64,000 bases of DNA, taken from the human T2T-CHM13v2.0 reference genome, Homo sapiens. The notes beneath the pieces are model-generated. The model saw only the letters and a list, made by a program, of their open reading frames with translations, had not been told where the DNA came from and made no database searches. The position numbers and the translations under genes were made by a program. Location of the stretch: NCBI RefSeq assembly GCF_009914755.1, contig NC_060938.1, one strand, 5' to 3'. Below, in pieces: positions 1 to 11,767 of the stretch (positions are counted from its first letter, which is position 1; the number at the start of each line of letters is the position of its first letter).

Positions 1-910
1 AATGTAGAAATGCCATAATTATGCTTATAAATTGATTTTTTAAAACATGAAAATTAATTTGGTAGAAACTGAATACATAAGTATGGGGGTGCCATATAAA
101 ATAATGATCAATGACAGTGGGATTAATCAAAGAAAGTTTCTTGGGGAAGTGAATTCTAAACAGAATTTGGTATATTTGTTTATTTAGCACTCATTTTATG
201 TTTTCTAATTATAAATATAACGTATTCTCATATTCTGAAGGTAATAAATTTGCAAATTTTAAATTAGTAGGAAGAGTAAAAGGAACTAAGATCCCACTGT
301 CCAAAGGTAATCATTATTCAGGTTCTGTTCTTTTCCTTCCATTTGGTTCTCTGATATTTTCTTCATGGTTGCCATTACATCACATATTCAATATTATGAC
401 CCACTTTGTGTTTCAGTCAGTGTCTATACATACAACTTTGAATGATACAAATGTCTCATAGAAACTAAGTTTAATCAAATCAAGAAACTAAGTTTAATGC
501 CAGTCTATATCAATGTACCGTTTCCTTCTAGCTAAATATTTAGGCTTTTCCAAATTTTGTTAACATAAATAACTCCAAAGATATTTTTGTTAACATTTTC
601 TCTTAGTGTTACTTTCCTAAGGTAGACTTTAACAATTTACTATAACAAATTATAGAAAATGATCATTTTAAGGTTCCTTATTCTTGTACTATTTGTAAAT
701 AATGTTATCACCTCTTTCGAATTATTTCTTCTTGATATTTTATTGCATTGATCAGAATTCTCAGAATTGTAATATAATGTTAATTATTAAATATTACATT
801 CCTTCTCATGTTAATAGTTATTATTTTGTAAATATGATGCTATTAGCAAATTTTAGATTGGCATCCTTAATATATTATTCAGATGTTAGCAATTGCACTT
901 TTCCCTAAAA

Positions 911-2785
911 AGGCTCTTTTTGTGGCTTTTTGTCCCCGCCATGGCTTTTTACCGCCGCAGTATTTTGCCCCCGCCGCCATGGGTTTCAGTCCCCGCCGCC
1001 GCGGCTTTTGGCCCCCGCCGCCACTCTTTTGACAACGCGGCTTTTTGCCCCCGCCGCCGAGGCTTTTTGCCGCCGTGGCTTTTTACCCCAGCCGCCGGTG
1101 TTTTTTGCGACTTTTTCCCCCCGCCGCCGCCCTCGCGGCTTTTTTTGCCCCCGCTCCAGATGGTTTTTGCCCCCACCACCGCGGCTTTTTGCCCGCGCCG
1201 CCGGGGCTTTTTGCCGCCCCGGTATTTTGCCCCCGCCGCCGCGGCTTTTGCGGCTTTTTGACCCCGCCGCCGCGGCTTTTGGTCCCCGCCGCCACGGCTT
1301 TTGCCGACACGGCTTTTTACCCCCCGCTGCCGCGGATTTTTGCGCCCCGCCGCGGCGACTTTTTGCGCCCCGCCGCCGCGGTTTTTGCCAACGCGGCTTT
1401 TTACCCCCATCACCGCGGCTTTTTACTCCCCGCCGCCGCGGCTTTTTGCCCCCGCCGCCACGGCTTTTGCCGACGTGGCTTTTTGCGCCCCGCCGCTGCG
1501 GCTTTTTGCTGCTGTGGCTTTTTGCTCCCGCCGCCGCCGGTTTTTGCCGCCGGGGCTGTTTGCCCCCGCCATCGCGGCTTTTTGCCCCCATCGCCGCGGC
1601 TTCTTGCAGCTTTTTCCCCCGCCGCCGCGGGTTTTGCCGACGCGGCTTTTTAACCCCACTGCCACGACTTTTTGCGCCCACCGCCACGCCTTTTTGCCCC
1701 GGCCGCCAAGGCTTTTGCCGACGTGATTTTTTACCCCCACCGCCGCGGCTTTTTGCTCCCGCCGCCGCGGCTTTTTGCCACCGCGGCTTTTTGCCCCCGC
1801 CGCCGCGGGTTTTTTCCCTCGCCGCCGCGGCTTTTTGTGTTTTTTTGCCCCCGATGCTTTCGGCCCGCGCCGCCGCGGCTTTTTGCCCCCGCCCCCAACG
1901 CCGCGGCTTTTTGTCCCCGACGCCGCGGCTTTTTGCCGCCGCCGACACCGGCACGGCTTTTTGGCCGCGGCGACTTTTTGCGCCCACCGCGGCGGCTTTT
2001 TGCTCCCCGCCGCCGCGGTTTTTGCTAACGCGGCTTTTTACCCCCATCGCCGCGGCTTTTGCCGACGCGGCTTTTTACTCCCCGCTGCCGCGGCTTTTGC
2101 CGACGCGGCTTTTTACTCCCCGCTGCCGCGGCTTTTGCCGACGCGGCTTTTTACTCCCCGCTGCGCGGCTTTTGGCCGCTGCGTCTTTTTGCCCCCGCGG
2201 CTTATTGCTCCCGCCACCGCGGGTTTTTGCCGCCGAGGCTTTTTGACTCCGCCGCCGCGGCTTTTTGCCCTCGCCGCCGCGGATTTTTACCTCCGCAGCC
2301 GTGGCTTTTTGCACCTGTCGCCGCTGTTTTTGCAGCTTTTTCCCCCACCGCCGCGGGTTTTGCGGACGCGGCTTTTTGCTCCGTGCCGCTCGTTTTTGTC
2401 CCCGCCGCCGCGGCTTTTTCCCCCAGTCGTGGGTTTTCGCCCCCACCGCAGCGATTTTCTGCCCCCGCCGCCACTACTTTTTGCGGCTTTTTGCCCACGC
2501 CGCCGCGGCTTTTTCCCCCACCGCCCGAGCTTTTTGCCGCCGCGGCTTTTTGCCGCGGGAGCTATCAGCCCCCACCGCCGTGGCTTTTTCCCCCGATGCC
2601 GCGGCGTTTTGCCCCCGCCTCCGCGGTTTTTTGGTCCCCGCCGCTGAGACTTTTTGCCGCCATAGCTTTTTACCCCCGCCGCCACGGCTTTTTGTGTTTT
2701 TTTTTGCCCCCACTCCCGCGACTTTTTGCCACCGCCGCGGATTTTTACCCCCGCCGCGGAGGATTTTTCCCCCGGTGCTGCGGCT
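911..2785. repeat. GC-rich degenerate tandem array (GCCGCGGCTTTTTGCCCC-type; GGGCAAAAGCCG on minus strand), copy 1
   Basis: Dozens of ~12-25 bp units with core gccgcggcttttt(g)cccc; CpG-dense, strongly C/T-skewed plus strand; generates the overlapping Pro/Arg/Phe/Ala ORFs in the track. Confidence 0.95.
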
Positions 2786-2935
2786 CTGAGGGCAGGAGCG
2801 GCAGACTCGGCTGCTAGCTCCACTGGCGTCCTGGCAAGGGCAGCGCCGAGGGGCGCTCCTGGTACAGCTCTCCTGGGTCGGGGGTTCTTTGCCTAGGCGC
2901 CGGCGCCCCGGGCTCCCTGTCTCGGCCTCTGTGGC

Positions 2936-3141
2936 CTGCATAGAGCGGCGCTGCGCGCAGAGGCGATGGGAGAGAAGAAGGAGGGTGGTGGCGGGGGTGA
3001 TGCGGCATTAGCGGAAGGTGGCGCAGGGGCCGCGGGCAGCTCCAGAAGCTCATTGGCATCTTCATTGGCAGCCTTTGCTGGCTGGGCACCAAGTGCGCTG
3101 TGTCGAACGACCTCACCCAGCAGAAGATACCGACCCTGGAG
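2936..3141 (+). pseudogene. KSR1: KSR1 (kinase suppressor of Ras 1) exon-1 paralogous fragment, non-processed pseudogene (KSR1P-type)
   Basis: Manual translation gives [33 protein letters not shown] (2936-3034), a frame shift, then [35 protein letters not shown] (3037-3141) followed by gtaac. This matches the recalled KSR1 N-terminus [77 protein letters not shown]. The start ATG is CTG and ~25 nt are deleted. Confidence 0.9.
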
Positions 3142-3969
3142 GTAACGGGTTCGGGGACCCGGGCTGGGCTCCAGGAGGAGCTCAGACACCTCCCTCGGGG
3201 CCCCAGTTCACGCCTGGCCCAGTTGCATCCTTGAGCCTGCATTGCGCCCTTGGAGTCTTCCCGTCCCTCATGCATTCGCTGATGCGGCAGCAGGAGGACC
3301 CGGGACCAGCCCTCACCTTGAGCGCCATTTGTGGGGCGGGTGCCTGGTGGGAACTGGGATGGAGGGTCCAGGGTCCTGTCGGGGGGGGTGGTGGGTTGTG
3401 CGCGGACATCCCCTTCCACCCTGAATTTCCATCTGGTCCAGCCCTCTCATCTTGTAGGTGAGGAAACCGAAGGCCTGAGGAAGAACTGACTTGCCAGGAA
3501 CCCCTGTTAAGGAGAATTATCAAAGTGTGGTTATTAAAGGAGAACTCAGATGGGAGTCAGACCTGGAGGCCCACACTCTTGGTTAAGACATTATACCACC
3601 TTGAGTCTGGCCTGTTTACTGAGGGTGAGCCACTCCATCCTTGTCTGATTGTGGGGTCTTGACCTCAAGGGGTTTCCTGCAGGAAGAAGCAAATGGGTTT
3701 GCTTTCCTATCTCTGTCCAGTATCTTAGGGACCCTGAGGACTGAAGAGATTCTTGTAGAGCCATCTGGTGTATGTCATGGGTGGGCCTTTTTTGAAGGTC
3801 AGTCTGCCCAGTGAGCTGGCTCAGCCCGAATGAACTGTCTTGAATCTTTGGAGTTGTCTGTGTACTTTTAAGGGTTTCTCATCCTTGCACCAAAAGATCC
3901 CCTGGAAATTAGGTGGAAAAACCTTAACTTTTGTGGGGCCTTTTGTTTGTCTTAAAAGTTCATGCACAT

Positions 3970-4230
3970 GGCCAGGTGTGGTGGCTCCCACCTGTTATCC
4001 TGTCCTGGATCCCTTGAGTCAAGGAGTTTGAGACCAACCTGGACAATATAGAGAGACCCTGTCTCTACAAAAAATAAAATGTTAGCCAGGGGTGGTTGTG
4101 CACATCTGTAGTCCCAGCTACTACTGTGGCTGAGGTGGGAGGAGCACTTGATCCTGCACTGAGCTGTGAGCTCACCAGTGTACTCCAGCCTGGGCCACAG
4201 AGCAAGACCGTGACTCAAAAAAAAAAAAAA
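3970..4230 (+). mobile_element. Alu (old, AluJ-like) with internal deletion in left arm
   Basis: ggccaggtgtggtggctc...gagtttgagaccaacctgg...gtagtcccagctact...ctccagcctgggccacagagcaagacc followed by poly(A). Confidence 0.85.
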
Positions 4231-4349
4231 GACAGGAAAAATTCTTGAAGATTTTGCATTCTGTCCCACTATCTATTGGTTTTCATGTCAAGATAATGTC
4301 AGAAATTCTTTACAGTTGCTTCCAGAAGGAGTAGCCTTTTGATCTAGTG

Positions 4350-4544
4350 CACAGGTGTCCAGTATTTTGGCTTCTTAGGGCCACATTGGAAGAAGAATGC
4401 TCCTGGGCCACACATAAAATACACTAATGCTAACAACAGCTGATGAGCTTAAAAAAAAACAAAAGGTTTTTGCATAATTTTCATGATACCCACCACCACA
4501 GATAGGCGGAAAAGTCCTTGTAGTCAAAGGGTTGGACACGGCTG
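4350..4544 (+). mobile_element. MER30-like hAT DNA transposon
   Basis: gggccacattggaagaagaat...gggccacacataaaatacactaa...agctgatgagct...ggttggaca; flanked by 8-bp TSD ATCTAGTG (4342-4349, 4545-4552). Confidence 0.8.
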
Positions 4545-4904
4545 ATCTAGTGTCTTGTCCGTTTTGACTTTCTCCCTGATTCCAGAATGCAGGTAGAGAT
4601 GTAGAGACATGCTCTCAGGACAGCTGAGATAAAAAAAAATCGTTGTCATTTATTCCCAAGCACAGCTGTTTCTCATTGCATTGAAAAAGTCTCCGTTCAA
4701 ACTGCTGTCACATATAAAATCTATTTATGTAAGTCTGTATTTTTCTGTTGTCTTGGCCTTTGTAGGCAGTAGTGTGTTTTAACGGAGCAAACTGTCCTTC
4801 CAAATAATGAAGCCAAAGTCAGCCTATTTGCTTGCCATTTTTCTTCCCCTTCCATTTTTGTAACCTCAGAATAATTGTAAGAATGAATTAAGATTTGTGT
4901 TTAA

Positions 4905-5055
4905 GGCCAGGCACAGTGTATCAGGCGTGTAATCTCAGCACTTTGGGAGGTGGAGACGGATGTATCGCTTGAGCTCAGGAGTTGAAGACCAGCCTGGGCA
5001 ACATACTGAGACTCGTCTTGTATAATTTAATTAAAATTTAAAAAAAGAAGAGAGA
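4905..5055 (+). mobile_element. Alu monomer (FLAM-like)
   Basis: Single Alu arm with A-rich tail; TSD aagatttgtgtttaa (4890-4904) / aagacctgtgtttaa (5056-5070). Confidence 0.8.
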
Positions 5056-5905
5056 AAGACCTGTGTTTAAAATTTAAAAAAAGGGGGAAAAGTGTAATGC
5101 AAAATGTGGACTATGCCAGCTATGATTGGGAAAACTAGTTTTTCATACCGCATTATCTGTAGACTTGTATTAGCAGCACACTGGTCATAAGCGTTTTGCT
5201 TTCCTCAAATATGATGAGGTGAGCTAATTCAAAGTGTGTTGGGGCTTTCTGCCGCGTGGCTCCTGGAGGTGTTGAGTCCCAATTTAGCCAATTAATTTGG
5301 ATTTAGTTTTGATATGGATAAGGGAGACCAGCTTCATTCATGGTGTACACACAGTTTTGCCAATAAGGAGAAAAAAAAAGCCACCTGAATGTTCCTACTC
5401 AGAGCTCCTACCCCACCCCCACCAAGGCCCGGGCCATTAAAAAGACTCAATGCAGCCTTTCTGTATCTCATACTGTATTCTGCAAGGTACTCCTGTGAAA
5501 GAAAGTTGTGCTGCATCAGCCATCTCCCTCCTGAAGATCCCTGCGGATGAGGATTTGTGTTTTGAAGGTTCTGAGAATTCCTGCAACAACAATTCTCAAA
5601 CTTATTTGTCCAGGGGATCTTTTCTTCCACTGAATGTAGTTGGGGAGACATGGCCTTAAGCCTTGAGCAGAGAAAGAGATAACTGTTGGCTCACTTACAA
5701 CCAAGTGTTGTGTTTATGTTTTAGGTTTTTATGAAACTGAGGTGCTGTTTGAGGTTCTAAATGAAATTGGGTGGTTGAAGAGAGGCTGGTGTCCCTGTAG
5801 ACTTAGCCAGCCATGAGTAGTTGCCTTTTGTTGAAGGAGGTGTTTTACAAAGGGAAATAGGGTGTCTCCTGGGCATCGCATTAGCACTTAAATACATGTA
5901 TCACT

Positions 5906-7219
5906 GAAATGAAATGAAATGATGAAATGATGAAATGATGACATGAAATGGTGAAATGAAATGAAATAATGAAGTGAAATGATGAAATGAAATGATGAAA
6001 TGATGAAATGAAATGAAAAGATGAAATGATGAATTGAGGAAATGATATGAAATGATGAAATGAAATGATGAAATGAAATGAAAAGGTGTAATGAAACGAA
6101 ATGATTAAATGAAATGAGATTAAAAGATGAAATGATGAGATGAAATGAAATCATGAGATGAAATGATGAGATGAAGTGAAATGATGAAATGTAATGAAAT
6201 GATGAAATGGAATGATGAAATGATGAAATGGTGAAATGAAATGAGGAAATGAAATGATGAAATGATGAAGTGAAATGAAATGAGAAGATCAAATGGTGAA
6301 ATGAAGAAATGATATGAAATGATGAAATGATGAAATGAAGTTAAATGATTAAATGATGAAATAATGAAATGAAATGATGAAATGAATTGATGAAATGAAA
6401 TGATCAAATGAAATGACGAGATGAAAAGATGAAATGAAATGATGAAATTAAATGATGAGATGAAAAGATGAAATGAGATGAGATGAAATCATGAGATGAA
6501 ATGATGAGATGAAGTGAAATGATGAAATAATGAAATGACGAAATGCAACAATGAGAAGAAATGCTGAAATGAAATAATGAAACGAAACGATGAAATGATG
6601 AGATGGAATGATGAAAGGATGAAATGAAATGATGAAATGAGGAAATGAAATGATGAAATGAAATGATGAAGTGAAATGATGGAATGAAAAGATGAAATGA
6701 TGAAATGATATGAAATGAGATGACATGACGTCAAATGATGAAATGATGAAATAAATGAAATGATGAAATGATGAAATGAAATGAAATCATGAGATGAAAT
6801 GATGAAATGAGATGAAGTGAAATGACGCAATGAAATGTTGAGATGAAGTGATGAAATGAAATGATGAAATGAAATGAAACAATGAAATGAAGTGAAATGA
6901 GATGAGATGAAATGATGAATTGATGAAATGAAATGAGATGAAAAGATGAAATGAAATGATGAGATGAAAAGATGAAATGAAATGATGAGATGAAATAAAA
7001 TCATGAGATGATGAAATGATGAGATGAAGTGAAAAGATGAAATGAAATGAAATGTTGAGATGAAATGATGAAATGAAAGAATGAGATGAAATGATAAAAT
7101 GAGATGAAATGACGAGATGAAATGATGAAATGAAAGGATGAAATGAAATGAAATGAGATGAAATGAGGAAATGAAATGATGAAATGAAATAATGAAATGA
7201 AATGATGAAATAGATGAAA
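5906..7219. repeat. (GAAAT)n/(GAAATGAT)n satellite-like simple repeat
   Basis: ~1.3 kb made almost entirely of gaaat, gat, gagat and gaagt units; yields the F/H/I/S pseudo-ORFs on the minus strand. Confidence 0.95.
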
Positions 7220-7308
7220 AATACTTATTCATTTTTTTTCTTGGCATCCTTCTAAGAGTATTTTAGTGTGGTTAATTTCTAAAAATAAATTACTATTCAA
7301 TGGCTATA

Positions 7309-7676
7309 CAGTTGGCCTTTGCTCCACAGGGGTTTGAACTGTGCACGTCCACTTAGAAAAACCAACAATTCTACATCCTTATCCACACCCTGTCCATGGA
7401 AAGGATGAGGATGAAGACCTGTTTGATCATCTACTTCCATTTAATAATTAGTAAATATATTTTCCTTATGATTTTCTTTTTTCTTTTCTCTGGCATGTTA
7501 AGAATACAGTATATAAGACATATAACATATTAAATATGGGTTAATTGACTGTGTTATTTGTAAGGCTTAGAGTAGTCTATTAGTAGTTAAGTTTTGGGGG
7601 AGTCAAAGTTATAGTGGATTTTCTACTGTGCAGGGGGGCCAGCACCCCAACCTCCGTGTTGCTTAAGGGTCAACTG
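7309..7676. mobile_element. Tigger2a-like (TcMar-Tigger) DNA transposon
   Basis: TIRs cagttggccttt...ggggtttgaactg and ...cttaagggtcaactg, flanked by TA on both sides (7307-7308, 7677-7678). Confidence 0.8.
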
Positions 7677-9504
7677 TACATGTTATTTCCTTTCCTGTAA
7701 GAGAAAAATGATGAGAAGGTCTTTTCTCCAATAAGTGTATTCAAAATGTAGCAGATTTGAAATGTGTTGGCGCCACCATTTTGCGTCTCACTTTGAAAAC
7801 TTATTATTTAAAATCGTACTAAAGCCTATCTTACTTTTCCAACATTAGAAAAAATGTTACAAAGAAAAGGGGTGAAACCATGCTAGTTTGCCCTGAAATT
7901 TGAACTTATCTTTTAAAAATATATTTTTACATTAATTACTTCCAAAATAGAGATCAGTTCCATACAAATGGCAGGTCACCGTAATCCACCCTATGGCTGC
8001 ACTTAGATTCATGAGGAATTGTGCCAACTAGAAAGGGCAGAGAAGAGGAATAGGGTGCTCTGCGTCTTGAAATATAAACATGCACATAGCCACATGCTTT
8101 GATTCTGTTGTCACTTTGTACTTACAGATAGGAAGAGGGCATGTTTGTGTATTTTTATGCTAATTATTATCCAAATTGTTAATGATTTACGCTTTCAGAA
8201 CCATATAAAGATTTTTTTCCTTTCAGATATAAACTATCTTGCATTGTTCTTCTAATCATATGAGGAATAAATATGCCTAAATATTCTTCAGACCATAATA
8301 TTATGTCCATATAAATGCCAGTAGCAAGAGTAGAATCAACCACAACTGCCTTTGTAATTATTTAAAGCACGTGTGCCTATAAGTAACTGGCATTTTATAT
8401 AATCAAGAATCTTTGATATAATAATCTCTCAACTATTTGAAACATGGCTCACATGTATTAATTTTTTATGCAAATATATATATAATATCAGTGTATATGA
8501 AACTAAATTTTCGAGTTTAGAACAGCTTCTTAGAATCCTGACTTAAATGTCTACAGTAATACTTGGCTTAAAAAAATTTAGCACACTGTCACTATGATGA
8601 AAAAAATTACTATACAATTATTTAAAAAATTTTTCCACCCTAACATTTAGAAGATTCTCACATTCGTGGTTAAAACCTAATGTGATTGTTCTTAGAATTC
8701 AGATAAAAAAATGTTCCAGAAAGTTTGAAGAGAAGCACTTTAGTCAATTTTTAGTTGTTAAAGCATGAAGAAATGGCATTTCATTGACATTTTAAAAATT
8801 ATTCAGATTCCCTCTTTGAATTCAAGAGTTTCAAAGATATCTTATTTTAAAATACCAAAATAGGAATAGAATATGAAGGGCTGGTTATGAGTAATATGAT
8901 ACATATTTATGAGAGGATGAGATTACAATAACAATACCTCCTCTCATAGAATAGCCAGCAAGTCTCCACTAAATAACAGTGCCTTGATTTTGTAAATGTT
9001 TAATCATGGATATTGAGTTAATGTGAACCATTTTTATACACAGGAGTTTATTAAAGAATTATATAATATCTTTCAAGTATTTAGAATAGTGTTGAAATTA
9101 AGCCTGCATCCCCACGATTTTCAGCAGTGCTGATGCCTAATAAACAACCCCTTGCATGCCAAAATTGGCTTAAAGGTCATCTGTTACCCAAACTACACTT
9201 CAAGCATCAAGGTTCAAAAATGTGATTTTAAATATGCAAGAGTTTGAGGAATTCACTACTCACAAGTTCTTGAACAGTCTATCCAAGTGCATCAAGCACA
9301 ATGTGAGTAAAGAAATTTTGACCAAAGGATTGATAGTAATGTTGAATACATTTAATAGTAGATCTAAGATTAAAAGGTGAAAGTGAGGATGAGAAGAGTG
9401 TATGAATGTTTTGTGTTCTGACAAAGAGAATGTAGCACCCAGGTCCTACCTGCTTGGATGCATTGCCAGTGCCCATGGTAGGCCATTTTTTCCAGGTTTT
9501 TAGG

Positions 9505-9535
<31 letters not shown>

Positions 9536-9828
9536 TCTTTTCAGGAGAGTTAGTCCAAGACCAATAACTCCATAACTGGTAGATTTGGAAGACTTTAATA
9601 CTGCTTAACATTTTGTACATAGCTTTATAACAGTTTTCTTTTTCTTTTTTTCTGAGAGATTCTTTTCAATATACACCATCATGGTTGAACTCAAAAATCA
9701 TTGCTTATTTAAAATCTACAACTGCTGACGTTTTGTAACATTCGCATTCCAGGTAATTGGTTTTTTGTGCATTTTCTGTATTTTTCTCCATCAGTCTACC
9801 TAGATATTTGTTAGATTTAATATTTTAA

Positions 9829-10224
<396 letters not shown>

Positions 10225-11411
10225 ATCTCCTTCATTCTTTATTTTACTGGTTTTCTCTCTCTCTCTCTCTCACTGTTTCTCTCCTTCTCACATTCACTTT
10301 GCAGTTGTCAAATAGCCCAGGTGATGTTACAGATTGACTCCTTATAAAAGGAGGCATTACACATTACACATGCATCTTAGTGGCCTTAAAAAAGTGTTTG
10401 GTTTATTTGTATGGACTATTCACCTTTAAAATATTTCAATATTCATTAAAATAGCTTCCAACCAATATTATTAGACTTATGTTTCTAGCTTTCGTTTTTG
10501 TATTGATATCTGCCTTCATTGCTGTTTGTTTAGGAAGTATATTCTGTGTCACGTTATTTCCGTGAAAATTGTTTGAATTTGTGGTATGGTCTAGAAAATG
10601 TTAATTTTTGTAAGTATTCTGTATGAACAAGAAAATAACATGAACTATAATATTCATGTTCCTTATATAATATTTGCCCTTTTTAAAATCCACTAGCTTC
10701 TTTTAAAACTTACTCTTTTAATTTTTTCTTTTATCTATTATTGAAAGATGTGTGTTTGAAATGTCTATAATATTTGGGGGCTTATCCATTTCTACTTTCT
10801 GATATTTTTGCTTTATATAATTTGACTCTCTCTCTAAATACGTGTATGTCTGTGGTTGTGAGAGAGTGTGTGGTTTGTGTGTATATATATATGTATGTAT
10901 CAGGCTAACGCACATTTAAGTCATCACATCTTCTTAATAACTTAAAACTTTTATCACACTGGTTAGACTAACTTATTTTAATAAATATTTCTAACTTACA
11001 TTCTGTTTTGTCTACATAGCAACTTTTTAAAAAATTATATTCATGTAGTATGTTTGTATGTATATCATATATACACAGTATCTGTATTGTTCAAACTTCA
11101 AAGTTCCTGTAAATTTATATATTAGTTGCCTCTCTTGTAACTATGATAGAGACAGATGTTTTAAATTTTGCCAATCTTTGTATTTTAACAAAAACATTGT
11201 CTACTTAGGTTTAAGTTAATCTTTGATCATTTATACTTAATTTTGTATTATTAATTTGTTGTGTGTATATATATATATATATATACTGTCTCATTTTCTC
11301 CTATCAGTTTCTGTATTCTTGTTTTAAAATTATGACTTTTATTTTTATTGTTTTCATAGATACAACAGAGAAATGCATAATGTCCAGTCAATTTATTAAA
11401 GTTCCAAAGTC

Positions 11412-11767
<356 letters not shown>

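Noticed and set aside
893-2941. Many long overlapping ORFs (up to 438 aa) on both strands
   Set aside because: They arise from a GC-rich repeat that lacks stop codons; the products are low-complexity and open in nearly all frames.
2814-3523. ORFs 2814-3419(-), 3018-3461(+) and 3182-3523(-)
   Set aside because: Alternative-frame readings of the GC-rich KSR1 exon/intron; the real homology is in other frames.
5906-7219. Classical HSat2/HSat3 assignment
   Set aside because: The dominant unit is GAAAT/GAT rather than GGAAT, so it is reported only as satellite-like.
5888-7247. Phe/His/Ile/Ser-rich minus-strand ORFs
   Set aside because: Translation of the (ATTTC/ATC)n simple repeat.
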